From NCBI RefSeq assembly GCF_964213995.1, contig NC_135801.1:29078001-29142000 (forward strand): a stretch of DNA of 64,000 bases, given 5' to 3'. Positions 63,838-64,000 of this stretch are shown here, piece by piece. The notes under the pieces are model-generated. The model ran no database searches. It had not been told where the DNA came from and saw only the letters and a program-made list of their open reading frames with translations. The stretch comes from Mustelus asterias. Lineage: Eukaryota. The position numbers were made by a program, and so were the translations under genes. Numbering within the stretch: the first letter of the stretch is position 1; every line of letters begins with the position of its first letter.

Positions 63838-64000
63838 GAGGGTGGCACAATGGTTAGCACTACAGCCTCACAGCGCCAGGAACCTAGGTTCGATTCCCAG
63901 CTTGGGTCATTGTCTGTGTGAAGTCTGTATGTTCTCCCCGTGTCTGCATGGGTTTCTTCCAAGTGCTTCGGTTTCCTCTCACTCACAATGTGCTGGTTAG
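63838..64000 (+). mobile_element. HE1/V-type SINE 5' part, running off the window end
   Basis: ggtggcacaatggttagcactacagcctcacagcgccaggaacctaggttcgattcccagcttggg... Confidence 0.88.

Overview
Eukaryotic, repeat-rich vertebrate genomic DNA. The SINE/LINE repertoire suggests a shark or other elasmobranch (inference). The window lies inside one minus-strand protein-coding gene, RNF150 (PA-TM-RING E3 ubiquitin ligase, Goliath/GRAIL family). Five coding exons splice by hand in frame with canonical GT-AG ends: 47732-47982 (end of PA domain + TM), 24268-24339, 18474-18556 and 13756-13852 (RING-H2), and 6688-6901. The first exon was not found and should lie beyond position 64000. The tetrapod-type last exon was also not found, but a novel in-frame candidate exon lies at 4452/4480-4672. 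The introns contain CR1-clade LINEs, tRNA-derived HE1/V-type SINEs with two different tails, L2-like and Deu-domain relics, Penelope-like (GIY-YIG) elements and a 3.5-kb G-rich 17-bp minisatellite. Most long ORFs in the track are retroelement relics or repeat artefacts. Most interesting observations: (1) two similar CR1 copies in opposite orientation bracket a 252-nt, frame-neutral, stop-free block of three exons containing the whole RING; (2) Penelope termini carry minimal hammerhead-ribozyme motifs and a fixed inverted-arm + tail architecture, down to 48-61-bp insertions with target-site duplications; (3) a Rex1/Babar fold-back element; (4) the candidate new RNF150 exon. Repeat boundaries are approximate, and identities are eyeball estimates.
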